The position numbers and the translations under genes are program-made. Shown piece by piece: positions 18,373 to 28,204 of a stretch of 64,000 nt of DNA. Position 1 is the first letter of the stretch; each line of letters starts with the position of its first letter. Under the pieces are notes generated by a model. It saw only the letters and a program-made list of their open reading frames with translations, was not told the origin of the DNA and ran no database searches. The DNA comes from a virus: positions 1-64,000 of IMG/VR virus record IMGVR_UViG_3300042569_001787. One strand, given 5' to 3'.

Positions 18373-19487
18373 AACTAATTGAGTCCAACATATATAGAAT
18401 AACTAACTTAATGGGATTTACCCCTAATAAGGTTATTATTGAATCTGAACCTGATAATAAAAACGAATATTATTTAAAAAGAATTGTTGATTTATTACAG
18501 TTCAACCGATTATATAATAGTGAAAATAAAATAAATTTAAATAAAATTCAACAATTTGCCAAAGAAAATTTAATAGATTTTGGATTATTAGAAAGGGGTA
18601 TGGTTAAATTATTAAAGTTAAAAGGTAACCGAAAATTAAATTTATCCGAATTTTTTAGCGAATTAATTAAATCTTTAGAAAAAAGACATTCTCATATTAA
18701 CATAGGTAAACCTGAAACTAACGACGAATTTTCATTTGAACCACAAGAACCATCAGTTGTACCTAAAAAAGTATATAAAGAAGAGTTATATTATTTACAA
18801 ATTGAGTTATTAAAACTTCAAGAGTGGTTAAATAAAACTGGAAAAACGGTAATTATTGTTTTTGAGGGTAGAGATTCTGCGGGTAAAGGGTCAACTATTA
18901 AAAAATTTACCGAAAACATGAACCCAAGAAATTATAATGTAATTGCCCTTGGAATACCAACACCTGAAGAAAGAAAAAATTGGTGGGACAGGTACAGAAG
19001 TCAAATTCAAAAAGGTAAAATAAATTTATTTGATAGAAGTTGGTATAACAGAGGTCTTATTGAACCAGTTATGGGTTATGGTAATCCTGAAGAATATGAA
19101 AATTTTATGGACAATGTTGAGGGGTTTGAAGAAGATTTAGTTAAAGATGGTAATTTTTTATTTAAATTGTGGTTCTCGATAGAAAAAGAAACTCAACAAA
19201 ATAGATTTGACATGAGACAAAAATCTCAACTTAAGTATTGGAAGTATTCCCCTAATGATGAAAAAATGCAAGACCTTTGGGATAGATTTACAGAATTTAA
19301 AGAAAAATTATTTGATAAAACATCAACAGTTAATAATCCTTGGGTTGTTATTGATTCAAACGATAAAAAAATCTCAGGATTAAATTCAATCAGGTATGTA
19401 CTCCAAAATATACCTTATGAAGATAAAAATAAAAAAATATTAAACCAATATTACCCTGAAGCACTTTCAGTTTTAAACCCTAAGTAA
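18369..19487 (+). CDS. ppk2: polyphosphate kinase 2 with ~130-aa N-terminal extension
   Basis: FEGRDSAGKG Walker A, FDRSWYNR, WKYSPND. Confidence 0.93.
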   Translation: MKLIESNIYRITNLMGFTPNKVIIESEPDNKNEYYLKRIVDLLQFNRLYNSENKINLNKIQQFAKENLIDFGLLERGMVKLLKLKGNRKLNLSEFFSELIKSLEKRHSHINIGKPETNDEFSFEPQEPSVVPKKVYKEELYYLQIELLKLQEWLNKTGKTVIIVFEGRDSAGKGSTIKKFTENMNPRNYNVIALGIPTPEERKNWWDRYRSQIQKGKINLFDRSWYNRGLIEPVMGYGNPEEYENFMDNVEGFEEDLVKDGNFLFKLWFSIEKETQQNRFDMRQKSQLKYWKYSPNDEKMQDLWDRFTEFKEKLFDKTSTVNNPWVVIDSNDKKISGLNSIRYVLQNIPYEDKNKKILNQYYPEALSVLNPK

Positions 19488-19709
19488 TTACTCCTCCGAT
19501 TTATCATCCTCCGTTGGTTTCGGTAGGATAAGTTGTAACCAAATATCAAAAACTAAAAAGTAAATCCACCAAGTTAGTTCTGATATCGTATGTGGGTCAG
19601 GATTTAAATAAGTTAGGTATAATAAAATAAGTATTTTAGTTGCAATATAGATTCTAACAACTAAAGTTAAAAATATTAAAAATTTTTTCATATTATAATT
19701 TGATTTCAA
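19488..19709 (-). CDS. small 2-TM membrane protein
   Basis: Hydrophobic helices. Confidence 0.55.
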   Translation of the reverse strand: MKSNYNMKKFLIFLTLVVRIYIATKILILLYLTYLNPDPHTISELTWWIYFLVFDIWLQLILPKPTEDDKSEE

Positions 19710-19757
19710 AAAGGGTTTTTTAATTTGTCTTCAGGTACTTAGTTACGATTTACAAAA

Positions 19758-19916
19758 TTAAATACTTTTGTTTTTTTCATTTGCAAAAATTTCTATTTGT
19801 CTTTTAACCATTTCTAAGGTTGTGTAAGCATAAACCTGTGAATCCTCTAAATTTTCTTCGGGAAATTGGGTTTGTTGTTCCTCAATCCACTTAATAATTT
19901 TTTGATAATCACACAT
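19758..19916 (-). CDS. 52-aa hypothetical protein (not in ORF track)
   Basis: MCDYQKIIKWIEEQQTQFPEENLEDSQVYAYTTLEMVKRQIEIFANEKNKSI. Confidence 0.45.
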   Translation of the reverse strand: MCDYQKIIKWIEEQQTQFPEENLEDSQVYAYTTLEMVKRQIEIFANEKNKSI

Positions 19917-19985
19917 ATTATTCCGTTTATTTAAGTAAATTATAAGAAAAAAAACATTAAACGTAAAGAAAAGTATTTATATCAT

Positions 19986-20996
19986 ATGTTAAACCCACAA
20001 CAAATAGAAAAAATAAATAAGACAATTTCCAATAGGGTATTTAATTATAATGGAATATTAATTAATGGTATCGACACAAATGTAAATATTGACTTTAAGA
20101 TTGAGTTTTTAGGGTACAAAGAAATGATTAGTGTTGGTGAATACTACGACTATTTAAAAGTTGGGGTTACTATTATTGGATTAAATGATAGATTATCTAG
20201 ATTAATTCTTTCAGACAATAATTATCTTGGGGGTAATCAATATCAATTTTTTAAAAATAATTTATATCATTTTTATTCTAGTTTAGAATCTTATATTTCT
20301 TCGGTTGTTAAATTATTTGATAATGAAGATAGTCTAATTACTATTTGGGATATTAAATTAGATTTGAGAAAAAAACCATTAACAATGAATGAAGGTAGAA
20401 TGAGTAGAGTTGCTTTAAAAACAGTGAATGAAGGTAGAATGAGTAGAGTTGCTTTAAAAACAGTAGTTAGAGATATCATATATAAAGTTAAAGAAGGTAA
20501 AAAGGGTTTATTTTATTTACCTAAAGAAGATGAATCATACGAATTTACTAATTTACCATTTTCTTTTGATGTAGAATTAACATTAAAAACTAGCGGTAAT
20601 ATTAAAGATTATCAGATGAATGGATATTACTCTTCTGAGGAAGATGTAGTTGAGATTATTATAATATTTAATCCTAATAGATTTAAAGAATATGTTTACA
20701 ATTTGATTGGTGAGTTAAATGAGGTGTTGGCTCATGAATTAGAACACGGTCATCAGAATTATAGGGGAGAATTTGAGGATAGGAGTGATGCTGACACTAA
20801 AGACTCATTAGTTTATTATACTCAAGAACATGAAATACCGGCGCAATACGCAGGATTTAAAAGACTCGCCAAACTAAGGAAAGTGCCATTTAGTTCTGTA
20901 GTTAATGATTGGTTTAGAACCCACAAAGATATTCACGGTTTAACCGATGATGAAGAAAAAATAGTAATAGATAAGATTTTAAATTTTAAAAGATAA
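19986..20996 (+). CDS. two-domain protein with C-terminal HExxH metallopeptidase-like domain
   Basis: LAHELEHGHQ...YY...HEIPA. Confidence 0.7.
   Translation: MLNPQQIEKINKTISNRVFNYNGILINGIDTNVNIDFKIEFLGYKEMISVGEYYDYLKVGVTIIGLNDRLSRLILSDNNYLGGNQYQFFKNNLYHFYSSLESYISSVVKLFDNEDSLITIWDIKLDLRKKPLTMNEGRMSRVALKTVNEGRMSRVALKTVVRDIIYKVKEGKKGLFYLPKEDESYEFTNLPFSFDVELTLKTSGNIKDYQMNGYYSSEEDVVEIIIIFNPNRFKEYVYNLIGELNEVLAHELEHGHQNYRGEFEDRSDADTKDSLVYYTQEHEIPAQYAGFKRLAKLRKVPFSSVVNDWFRTHKDIHGLTDDEEKIVIDKILNFKR
20386..20463 (+). repeat. exact 39-bp tandem duplication (NEGRMSRVALKTV x2)
   Basis: TGAATGAAGGTAGAATGAGTAGAGTTGCTTTAAAAACAG twice. Confidence 0.95.
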
Positions 20997-21002
20997 CTAT
21001 CT

Positions 21003-21638
21003 TTAATTTTTTTCTTTAAAAACTCTAATTAATTTAGAAAATAATTCTTTAATAATAATACCCGAGACTGTTAAGACACCAAAAGAAGATAATCTAATGG
21101 CAATTTCTTTAACATCACCAGATTTAAATGTCCCTGAAGTAACGGCACTATAAACAATTGGTATTAATGGGATAATGAAGGTGTAACTCATTATATTAGT
21201 GACTGAGTGTAATGTGAGGTTTAAACCTTGCATAAAATCAACAAAAGTACTTTTTAATTGATTGGCCTTATTTAAACCTGTTTTAAATTCTTTGGATAAT
21301 CCCTCAGATTTAATTTTCTCTAATATTTTTTGAATCATCTCTTTATTGTTCATATAGAACGTTGCAATAATTCCTGTTAATATTAAACTCATTTCCACAT
21401 CAGAAACATTTGGGTATTTACCCGCAATAAACTCATTTAAAGGACCAACAAAACCTCCAATACTTGCTCCCCATGTAAATAAGAATTCAAAATTCATACC
21501 CATTTGTTGTGACGACATTTTTAAAACGTCTTTAACAAATTTATAATTTTGTTTTACCATATCACCAAATTCGTTATTAACGGATTCTCGTAATATAATT
21601 CTTTTTTGATTTTCGTTTATTAATAAAGTTGCTCCCAT
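21003..21638 (-). CDS. membrane protein with LINE/ILRE N-terminal tag
   Basis: Several hydrophobic helices. Confidence 0.7.
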   Translation of the reverse strand: MGATLLINENQKRIILRESVNNEFGDMVKQNYKFVKDVLKMSSQQMGMNFEFLFTWGASIGGFVGPLNEFIAGKYPNVSDVEMSLILTGIIATFYMNNKEMIQKILEKIKSEGLSKEFKTGLNKANQLKSTFVDFMQGLNLTLHSVTNIMSYTFIIPLIPIVYSAVTSGTFKSGDVKEIAIRLSSFGVLTVSGIIIKELFSKLIRVFKEKN

Positions 21639-21690
21639 TGAACAATAAATACTTTAATTATATTTATTATTAAATTGAGTTGTAAAATTT

Positions 21691-22299
21691 ATGATTAATC
21701 CTGAATTAAAACCTGGTGATAGAGTAGTTGTCCTACATATGGAGGACGAATTTTCTGCGGTACCTATTGGAACTGCTGGTACTGTTAAATCTCATTCTAA
21801 AGTATTTGGTGATGACCAATATAATGTTAACTGGGATAATGGTAGTTCTTTAGCATTGATTAGTAGTGTTGACATTTGGGATACTGAAGAAAGTATGATT
21901 GCTAAAAGAACCATTAAAAAAAAAGTTGTTGAGGGTGAATATGAAAAAAATCTTAATTTATTAAAAAATATTGATGTATTTAAGAACTTTAATATGAAAT
22001 TCTTACAAAAGTATCTATTAGCGGTTAGAGAATCTAGTATTGTTAATATGTTTGACGCAGCTGATTACCTATGGTTAGGTCGAGAAAGAATTGAACATGA
22101 ATTCAAATACAAAGACATACATAACGAAGACGCCTTTGAAAAAGTGTTGGAAATGGCGGACCAAGCAAAATCTGAAATGATAATAGGTGTTATGAACGTT
22201 CTTGAAAATGAAGGTAAAGAAGATAGTTTAGAAAATGTTAACCGAAATATAAAAAGATACGCGTTTAAAGTACTTCAGAATTATATGATGTTATTTTAA
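21691..22299 (+). CDS. DUF4314-like SH3 domain fused to helical RES..NMF domain
   Basis: GDRV...MED...VPIGTAGTV...VNWDNGSSLAL; VRESSIVNMFDA. Confidence 0.6.
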   Translation: MINPELKPGDRVVVLHMEDEFSAVPIGTAGTVKSHSKVFGDDQYNVNWDNGSSLALISSVDIWDTEESMIAKRTIKKKVVEGEYEKNLNLLKNIDVFKNFNMKFLQKYLLAVRESSIVNMFDAADYLWLGRERIEHEFKYKDIHNEDAFEKVLEMADQAKSEMIIGVMNVLENEGKEDSLENVNRNIKRYAFKVLQNYMMLF

Positions 22300-22581
22300 C
22301 TCATATTCCCAAACACCATCTTTAACAACAGGATTAACAAATAAGTCTAAAAAAACGGCATTTTGGTCTCCCGCGTGTAATCCGATAATATTAAAATCGT
22401 AGAACTCCTCAGCTTCACCCATGGTCATTCCGTCTCTCTCTTGGAGTATATCTAATATTATTTGTTTTGAATATAGAATTCTTCTACCGTTACCAAATTC
22501 CTCAACAATTCCAATTATTGCGCTATCTAAACCATCTAAAAGTATGGCCCCTTCAGCATATTCGTCTATATCTATTGTCAT
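22291..22581 (-). CDS. conserved phage hypothetical protein
   Basis: DGLDSAIIG...EAEEFYDFNIIG. Confidence 0.7.
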   Translation of the reverse strand: MTIDIDEYAEGAILLDGLDSAIIGIVEEFGNGRRILYSKQIILDILQERDGMTMGEAEEFYDFNIIGLHAGDQNAVFLDLFVNPVVKDGVWEYELK

Positions 22582-22641
22582 ATTATAATGATACTAAAAA
22601 TATTCACATTAAACAATATATTTATAAGAAAAACAATAACT

Positions 22642-23211
22642 ATGAACGCATATTTTTTTAAAATGACAAATGAAGAGAAAACTAACATTCTTGACCAACA
22701 TAAAGAAGTTTATGATGGTTATGTTACAAACTACTCTCAACCAAATACACAACCGTTATATGTTCAAGACTTTGCTAACGATAAACAAGGTATAACCGTT
22801 AATAATAAAGGTGTTGTTAGTACTTACAAAAATATGGGTATTAATGAACAATCTCATATATCTCCAGGCTCTGCTTACGAAGGTGAAGACACCTTTGAAA
22901 GTGAAGAAGAGGAAGAAGGATACATGGTAAGTGTTGGTGAACAATTAGATATGATTGGGGACGGAGAAGATGATTTGTCTCAAGGCACCTTTGATATTGA
23001 TGATGAAGAGGAAACTGAATTTTTAGTTAGTCCTGAAGATGATTTTGAACTTGAAGATGTTTATAGTGATTTTGAAGATAATAGTGATAATGAGGATGAT
23101 TTTGAAGACCGTTTATTCGGTGGAAACTTTGATGATGAAGAAAAAGGTGACATATCATTTAAAATTCATGAATCATTAGATATGTTTAATAGACTAAAAA
23201 AATATAACTAA
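22642..23211 (+). CDS. acidic protein, probable internal head protein
   Basis: MTNEEKTNILDQH and KIHESLDMFNRLK tags; D/E rich; start revised to ATG 22642 after TATTTAT. Confidence 0.65.
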   Translation: MNAYFFKMTNEEKTNILDQHKEVYDGYVTNYSQPNTQPLYVQDFANDKQGITVNNKGVVSTYKNMGINEQSHISPGSAYEGEDTFESEEEEEGYMVSVGEQLDMIGDGEDDLSQGTFDIDDEEETEFLVSPEDDFELEDVYSDFEDNSDNEDDFEDRLFGGNFDDEEKGDISFKIHESLDMFNRLKKYN

Positions 23212-23272
23212 TTTTGTCTTTTTATAAAAAATAAGATATTTCTTTGTTATAAACTAAATTAAACATTTGAAC

Positions 23273-23599
23273 ATGGAAATTAAAGAATTGGTTTCGTTTT
23301 TTATAAATGAATCATCAGAAACTTTAGAAATTACTTTTAGGTTAACGATAGACAGTGAAGACGAGATTAGAACAGACCAAATACAAATAAGTGAGACCCA
23401 ATCATTTGGGTATAACTTTGAAGACTTTAAAATAAGTCCTTTAAGAGATTTATTCGAAGAGGATGAGGATGATGATGGATTTGAGGGTTTATTTAATGAT
23501 GATTTTGGAGACCCATTAGATGAAGACGAAATTATGTCGTTTTTAAATGAATACTACTTAATCTACCCAAATAAATTACCTACCGCAGAATTTTTTTAA
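23273..23599 (+). CDS. acidic hypothetical protein
   Basis: ORF followed by terminator-like hairpin at ~23606-23633. Confidence 0.65.
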   Translation: MEIKELVSFFINESSETLEITFRLTIDSEDEIRTDQIQISETQSFGYNFEDFKISPLRDLFEEDEDDDGFEGLFNDDFGDPLDEDEIMSFLNEYYLIYPNKLPTAEFF

Positions 23600-23662
23600 A
23601 ATAACAACCTCCTTACTTGGGGGTTTTTTGTTTTAGAAGTATTTATAATTAAAATAAACATT

Positions 23663-23947
23663 ATGTCGGAAAACACAACCTCAATTTCAGGATTCGCTGA
23701 CACATTTTTATCTAAACTAAAAGAACAATCATTTACCATTATAGTTATGGTGGGTATTATTTGGTATCAAGGTAGACTGATGGAGGAAAGAGTTTCTTAT
23801 TGGCAAAAATTATATCAGGAGAGAGAATCCTATATCCAACAAACTACCAAGGAAGATAGAGAAGACGCGGAAGTAAGACTTAAATATCTTCAAGACCAAA
23901 GAGATAAGTATGTTGAAGACGCAATAAATGAATTAAAAGATAAATAA
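23663..23947 (+). CDS. TM + coiled-coil small protein
   Basis: FTIIVMVGIIWY then charged helix. Confidence 0.7.
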   Translation: MSENTTSISGFADTFLSKLKEQSFTIIVMVGIIWYQGRLMEERVSYWQKLYQERESYIQQTTKEDREDAEVRLKYLQDQRDKYVEDAINELKDK

Positions 23948-23950
23948 ATT

Positions 23951-25027
23951 ATGAAAAACCACGAACACATTAAACACAATCAATCGGCTGAAACACATTC
24001 AGATGGAAATTCAGGTGGAGCATCGTTTGATAACACAACTACCGCGTCTGCAGGTGTATCAACGGGAGATGAAAACGCATCAATTGGTATTGAGGCATCA
24101 GTTAAAACTGGAACAGAAGCGTCCGTAGATGGCGGATTAGATGGTAATAATGTTTATGTTGAAGCTAGTTATTCAGATACAACTGAAGTTCATGTAACAG
24201 TAGAAGGACAAGCTAACGCGGAAGGATTTGGTGTTAGTGGTACTGTAGACGCTTATGTTAAAACAGGAAATGAAGCAAGTTTAGAAGTAAGAGCTGGTGA
24301 TGAAGGAGTAGTTGCGAACGGAGAACTATCTGCAGGAAGTTCAGTTGGCGTAGATGGTGAAGGAACTTTAGATTTAAGAGAAGGTTCAGTAACTGCAGGT
24401 GCCGGTGTATCGGTTGGAGAACAAGTTGGTGTTGGTGGTGGTGGTGAAGCTACTTATGTAGATGGAGTTGCAACTGTCGGAGTTAGTGGTGAAGTAGCCG
24501 TTTTACTTGGTGTTGATGTTGATTTAAGTGTTAGTATTGATACAAACCAAATTGCTGAAGACGCTAGATTAGCGGCTGAACAATCAGAACGTGCCGCTGC
24601 AGAAGCTCAAGAATTGGCAGAATTAACACGAAAAGAAACTGAACGACTTGCCGCAATTGCCCAAGAAGAAACTGAAAGATTGGCGAGAGAAGTTCAGGAA
24701 GAATTAGATAGACAAGCGAGAGCGGCTCAAGAAGAAACTGAAAGATTGGCAAGAATCGCTCAGGAAGAATTAGACAGACAAGCAAAAGCTGCTCAAGAAG
24801 AACTTGATAGACAAGCGAGAGTGGCTCAAGAAGAAACTGAAAGATTGGCAAGAATCGCTCAAGAAGAATTAGACAGACAATCAAGAGCGGCACAGGCAGA
24901 ACTTGAAAGACAAGCGAGAGCGGCTCAAGAAGAAACTGAAAGATTGGCAAGAGAGACTCAAAACGCACTTGATAACGCGACTAAAGAAGCGAGTAAATCA
25001 AAATGGAATCCTAAAAATTGGTTTTAA
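23951..25027 (+). CDS. Gly/Ala/Val beta-rich domain + 11-residue-repeat coiled coil
   Basis: ~170-aa alternating beta strands, then QEETERLARIA/QEELDRQARAA repeats. Confidence 0.8.
   Translation: MKNHEHIKHNQSAETHSDGNSGGASFDNTTTASAGVSTGDENASIGIEASVKTGTEASVDGGLDGNNVYVEASYSDTTEVHVTVEGQANAEGFGVSGTVDAYVKTGNEASLEVRAGDEGVVANGELSAGSSVGVDGEGTLDLREGSVTAGAGVSVGEQVGVGGGGEATYVDGVATVGVSGEVAVLLGVDVDLSVSIDTNQIAEDARLAAEQSERAAAEAQELAELTRKETERLAAIAQEETERLAREVQEELDRQARAAQEETERLARIAQEELDRQAKAAQEELDRQARVAQEETERLARIAQEELDRQSRAAQAELERQARAAQEETERLARETQNALDNATKEASKSKWNPKNWF
24630..24960 (+). repeat. 33-bp degenerate tandem repeat (~10 units)
   Basis: GCTCAAGAAGAAACTGAAAGATTGGCAAGA / GAATTAGACAGACAAGC units in frame. 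Confidence 0.9.
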
Positions 25028-25033
25028 AAAAGT

Positions 25034-25285
25034 ATGAGAACAGACGTTGATTATATAATTTCTTTAATGAAAAAATTTACAGATAATAGTTCTAAGAATG
25101 AAATAGGTGAACAGGATGCCGCACCAGCGGCTTCAACACCATCTTCAGGTGGAGGTAATTCACCTTCCACATGGTCTGATATTGTTGGGTCAAAACTTAC
25201 TCGAGGTAAAGCTAATAAGTTAGGTCGGTCTGGAGAAAAGTGGGAATCAGGTTTAACACGAGGACCCGCTAACCAATTAAAATAA
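25034..25285 (+). CDS. small virion-associated hypothetical protein
   Basis: IGEQ tag; repeated LTRG.AN motif. Confidence 0.65.
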   Translation: MRTDVDYIISLMKKFTDNSSKNEIGEQDAAPAASTPSSGGGNSPSTWSDIVGSKLTRGKANKLGRSGEKWESGLTRGPANQLK

Positions 25286-25356
25286 TATTTAAAGGTAAAT
25301 GTTTATTATAAAATAAAGTATTTATCATTATTAAGATATTTATAGAAAAATAAAAA

Positions 25357-26799
25357 ATGGAAAAATTAATATTCGAAGGTATTTCACACAACTTACAGTA
25401 TGTTTTTACTAACAGAGGGGTTTCAAGACTTTCGGAACAATTAAAAGATTTAAATGGTAAAAACTATGTTTCTTATAGTTATGACAATTTAAATGTTGCC
25501 ATAGATATAGTAAAAGAGAATACTGATTTTAAATTTAAAACAGGTAAATTAGACCTTGTAGAATATGCCGCAACACCAAGAAGATTCTTAAATAATATTG
25601 TTGAAATATTCCAACCTGAAAATTCCATATCTTTAATTAAAGAATGGGAAACTATTTTTGGTGGTGATTTATTATTAATTAATGAATCTGTGGATAATCT
25701 TATTATTGAATCAAGAATTAACGAGTCTTGGGAATCATTTAAAGTTTTATTAGAACAATGGTATAATCCTGCCGATTGGGCCAGAGGAATCGCCAAAGGT
25801 GCTAAGAATGTTTATAATTACGGTAAAGAAAAGGTACAAAAATTTAAAAAGTGGAGTGGTGAACAAGTAAAACAAATACAACAAAAAGGTATTTGGAATT
25901 ACGCTAAAGAAAAGGGTGCGGCTCTTTGGGACACCGTTAAAAATGCCGTTAAATCCGCATATAAATGTTTAACAAATAATTTTGTTGAGTGTTTAATGGA
26001 GGGTATTAGAGGAGCAGTTATGTCAGCAGGTGGTGTTGCCGTATTAACAGGAATATCTATGATTCCCGCCATCGGTCAAATACCAACAGTTATTATTTTT
26101 GGAGCATTACTTCTTTGGGATTTATATAAAATGGCTAGCGGTAAATATGAATCAGGTGAATATCAATGGTCTGTTATAGATATTGTAATTGATATAGTTT
26201 CCTTATTATTACCAGCGTTAGGTAAAATTATTAAAGTATCTATGGGAGGTATTAAAACTTTTGCACAATTTGGTAAAGCAGCCATTTCTAAAGGAGGTGT
26301 ATTATTAAAAGTTTTTAACGCCATTAAAGGAGGGGTTGTTAAATTAGGTGGATATATAACAAAAGCAGCGACTTGGCTTGGTGAAAAATTAGGAATGACC
26401 TCATTAAAAAATTGGGGGTCAAAAGCTACCGCTCAATTAAGTAAAATAACTGACGATATGGTTGCAGGTAGTGGAGGTAAAATTGTCAAAAAGGCTGTAT
26501 CTAAAACTAAACCTGTTAGTATAAGTCAAAAAGTTAAAAGTAGTTTAAACAAAGCCTATAGACCTGATTTAGGTAAAGCAATTCCCGCAACTGGTGTTAT
26601 TGTTAACTCGGCAGGTAAAGCATTTTTAGTTACAACGGCACTTTGTGCGGCCTTAGGATTAAATGGTGCGACATGTACTCAAAAAATTGAAAGTGGTGAA
26701 GTCACTCCTGAACAAATTAAACAATCGGAAAAAGAAATACAAGACCAATTAGAACAAAATATGACATTATCAGGTAATGATATAGAATTCGAACTTTAA
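25357..26799 (+). CDS. putative virion/ejection protein with TM segments
   Basis: LINES/IIES/INES/LLEQ sites; central hydrophobic helices. Confidence 0.65.
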   Translation: MEKLIFEGISHNLQYVFTNRGVSRLSEQLKDLNGKNYVSYSYDNLNVAIDIVKENTDFKFKTGKLDLVEYAATPRRFLNNIVEIFQPENSISLIKEWETIFGGDLLLINESVDNLIIESRINESWESFKVLLEQWYNPADWARGIAKGAKNVYNYGKEKVQKFKKWSGEQVKQIQQKGIWNYAKEKGAALWDTVKNAVKSAYKCLTNNFVECLMEGIRGAVMSAGGVAVLTGISMIPAIGQIPTVIIFGALLLWDLYKMASGKYESGEYQWSVIDIVIDIVSLLLPALGKIIKVSMGGIKTFAQFGKAAISKGGVLLKVFNAIKGGVVKLGGYITKAATWLGEKLGMTSLKNWGSKATAQLSKITDDMVAGSGGKIVKKAVSKTKPVSISQKVKSSLNKAYRPDLGKAIPATGVIVNSAGKAFLVTTALCAALGLNGATCTQKIESGEVTPEQIKQSEKEIQDQLEQNMTLSGNDIEFEL

Positions 26800-26824
26800 A
26801 AAAATAAAATAAAACAAAATAGAT

Positions 26825-28183
26825 ATGAAAAACATAGTATTAGAAGAACTTAACAGAGTAAAACTATTAATGAGTTATGATAGTAAAAACACGTTAAGTG
26901 AAAACATAGAGATAATTAAATTGGATGAGTCCAAAAAAATAATTTCCGAACAAACGGGTAAAGCCTTGCTTAAATCGATTTTGGGAACTAGTGATGAAGC
27001 GGCGGCTTTAGCTTTAAAAACAACAAAAAACCTTAAATATACGGCTGGTGTTAAGTTATTTGATGATATTGCAATATACGGAAACACAGGTTTACGTAGT
27101 GGTGATGAGGTTATGACCGCGTTAATCAAAAATACATTAAATAAAGCCCAATTAAGTGAATTAGCGAAAGGACTTATGAAAACAGGTAAGGCCACAGGTA
27201 GTTTAAGAACTACACTTACTAATAAAGCCGCGGACTTGGCGGTTAAAGACGCTAGGTATGTAAAACTGTCCCAAAAACAACTTAAAGACGCACTAATTAA
27301 AAAAGGTTATGATTCGGGGATTGCCGATGAAATAGCATCAAAATTTGCAAATAAACGTGGTACACCAACTGTCAAAACTGGTAATAAACCTGGTAATAAA
27401 ACTGGTGGTAAAACTAGGACACCTAGGAAACCAAGAGTTAAATCTACTACATACACCCCACCTCCAGGTAAACCCACAATTTGGCAAAATCTTAAAGGTA
27501 GAATAGCTGGAATGGCAAGAGGAAAAATATTCAAATATTTATTAATTGCGGGTGGTTTATACTTAGTGTGGAAATGGTGGACAGACGAAGGTTCTGCTCC
27601 GTTCCCTGACTGTATTGGTAAAAACATTCCTAAAGAAGATTTTGAAAAAATGGTTAGTGACGGTTTAGACTACGTTTTAATTACTGACACAGGAAATTCT
27701 ACTATTGACCAAAATGGTGGTGGTAGATTTTTTGATGATAAAGACTTCACAACAGGTAACGGTAAATATAGTGGAACATGGAGTGAAAAAGATGGTAGTA
27801 TAGTTATTACTATTAATGGAACTGACTACTCTATATCATGTGAAGGTATGAATGATGATGATGATGATGACAATGACGGAGGTAACGGTGGCGGTAACGG
27901 TGGCGGTAACGGTGGCGGTAATATCGATAGTTATAAAGTCTGTGATAGTTTCCCTTTAACTAAAGGTTGTAGTGGTAGTAAAGTAAGTGAATTCCAAAAA
28001 TGTATTGGTGTTACTGTTGACGGTAAATTTGGACCTAAAACAGAACAAAGATTAAAAGATAAAGGATATAGTACTACGGTTACTCAGGAAGTTTACGATA
28101 AAATTCTTAAGAATTGTGGGTCTAGTAATAGTGACAATAAAACACTTAAACCAGATGCGGGTTCAGCAGCTGACGATTTATAA
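26825..28183 (+). CDS. putative virion protein with TM helix and C-terminal PG-binding domain
   Basis: LEELNRVKLLM tag; YLLIAGGLYLVWKWW; VDGKFGPKTE. Confidence 0.7.
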   Translation: MKNIVLEELNRVKLLMSYDSKNTLSENIEIIKLDESKKIISEQTGKALLKSILGTSDEAAALALKTTKNLKYTAGVKLFDDIAIYGNTGLRSGDEVMTALIKNTLNKAQLSELAKGLMKTGKATGSLRTTLTNKAADLAVKDARYVKLSQKQLKDALIKKGYDSGIADEIASKFANKRGTPTVKTGNKPGNKTGGKTRTPRKPRVKSTTYTPPPGKPTIWQNLKGRIAGMARGKIFKYLLIAGGLYLVWKWWTDEGSAPFPDCIGKNIPKEDFEKMVSDGLDYVLITDTGNSTIDQNGGGRFFDDKDFTTGNGKYSGTWSEKDGSIVITINGTDYSISCEGMNDDDDDDNDGGNGGGNGGGNGGGNIDSYKVCDSFPLTKGCSGSKVSEFQKCIGVTVDGKFGPKTEQRLKDKGYSTTVTQEVYDKILKNCGSSNSDNKTLKPDAGSAADDL

Positions 28184-28204
28184 AAATAAAAAAAACACAT
28201 TATA

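Noticed and set aside
24630-24960. CRISPR array (33-bp periodicity)
   Set aside because: In-frame coding repeats without unique spacers
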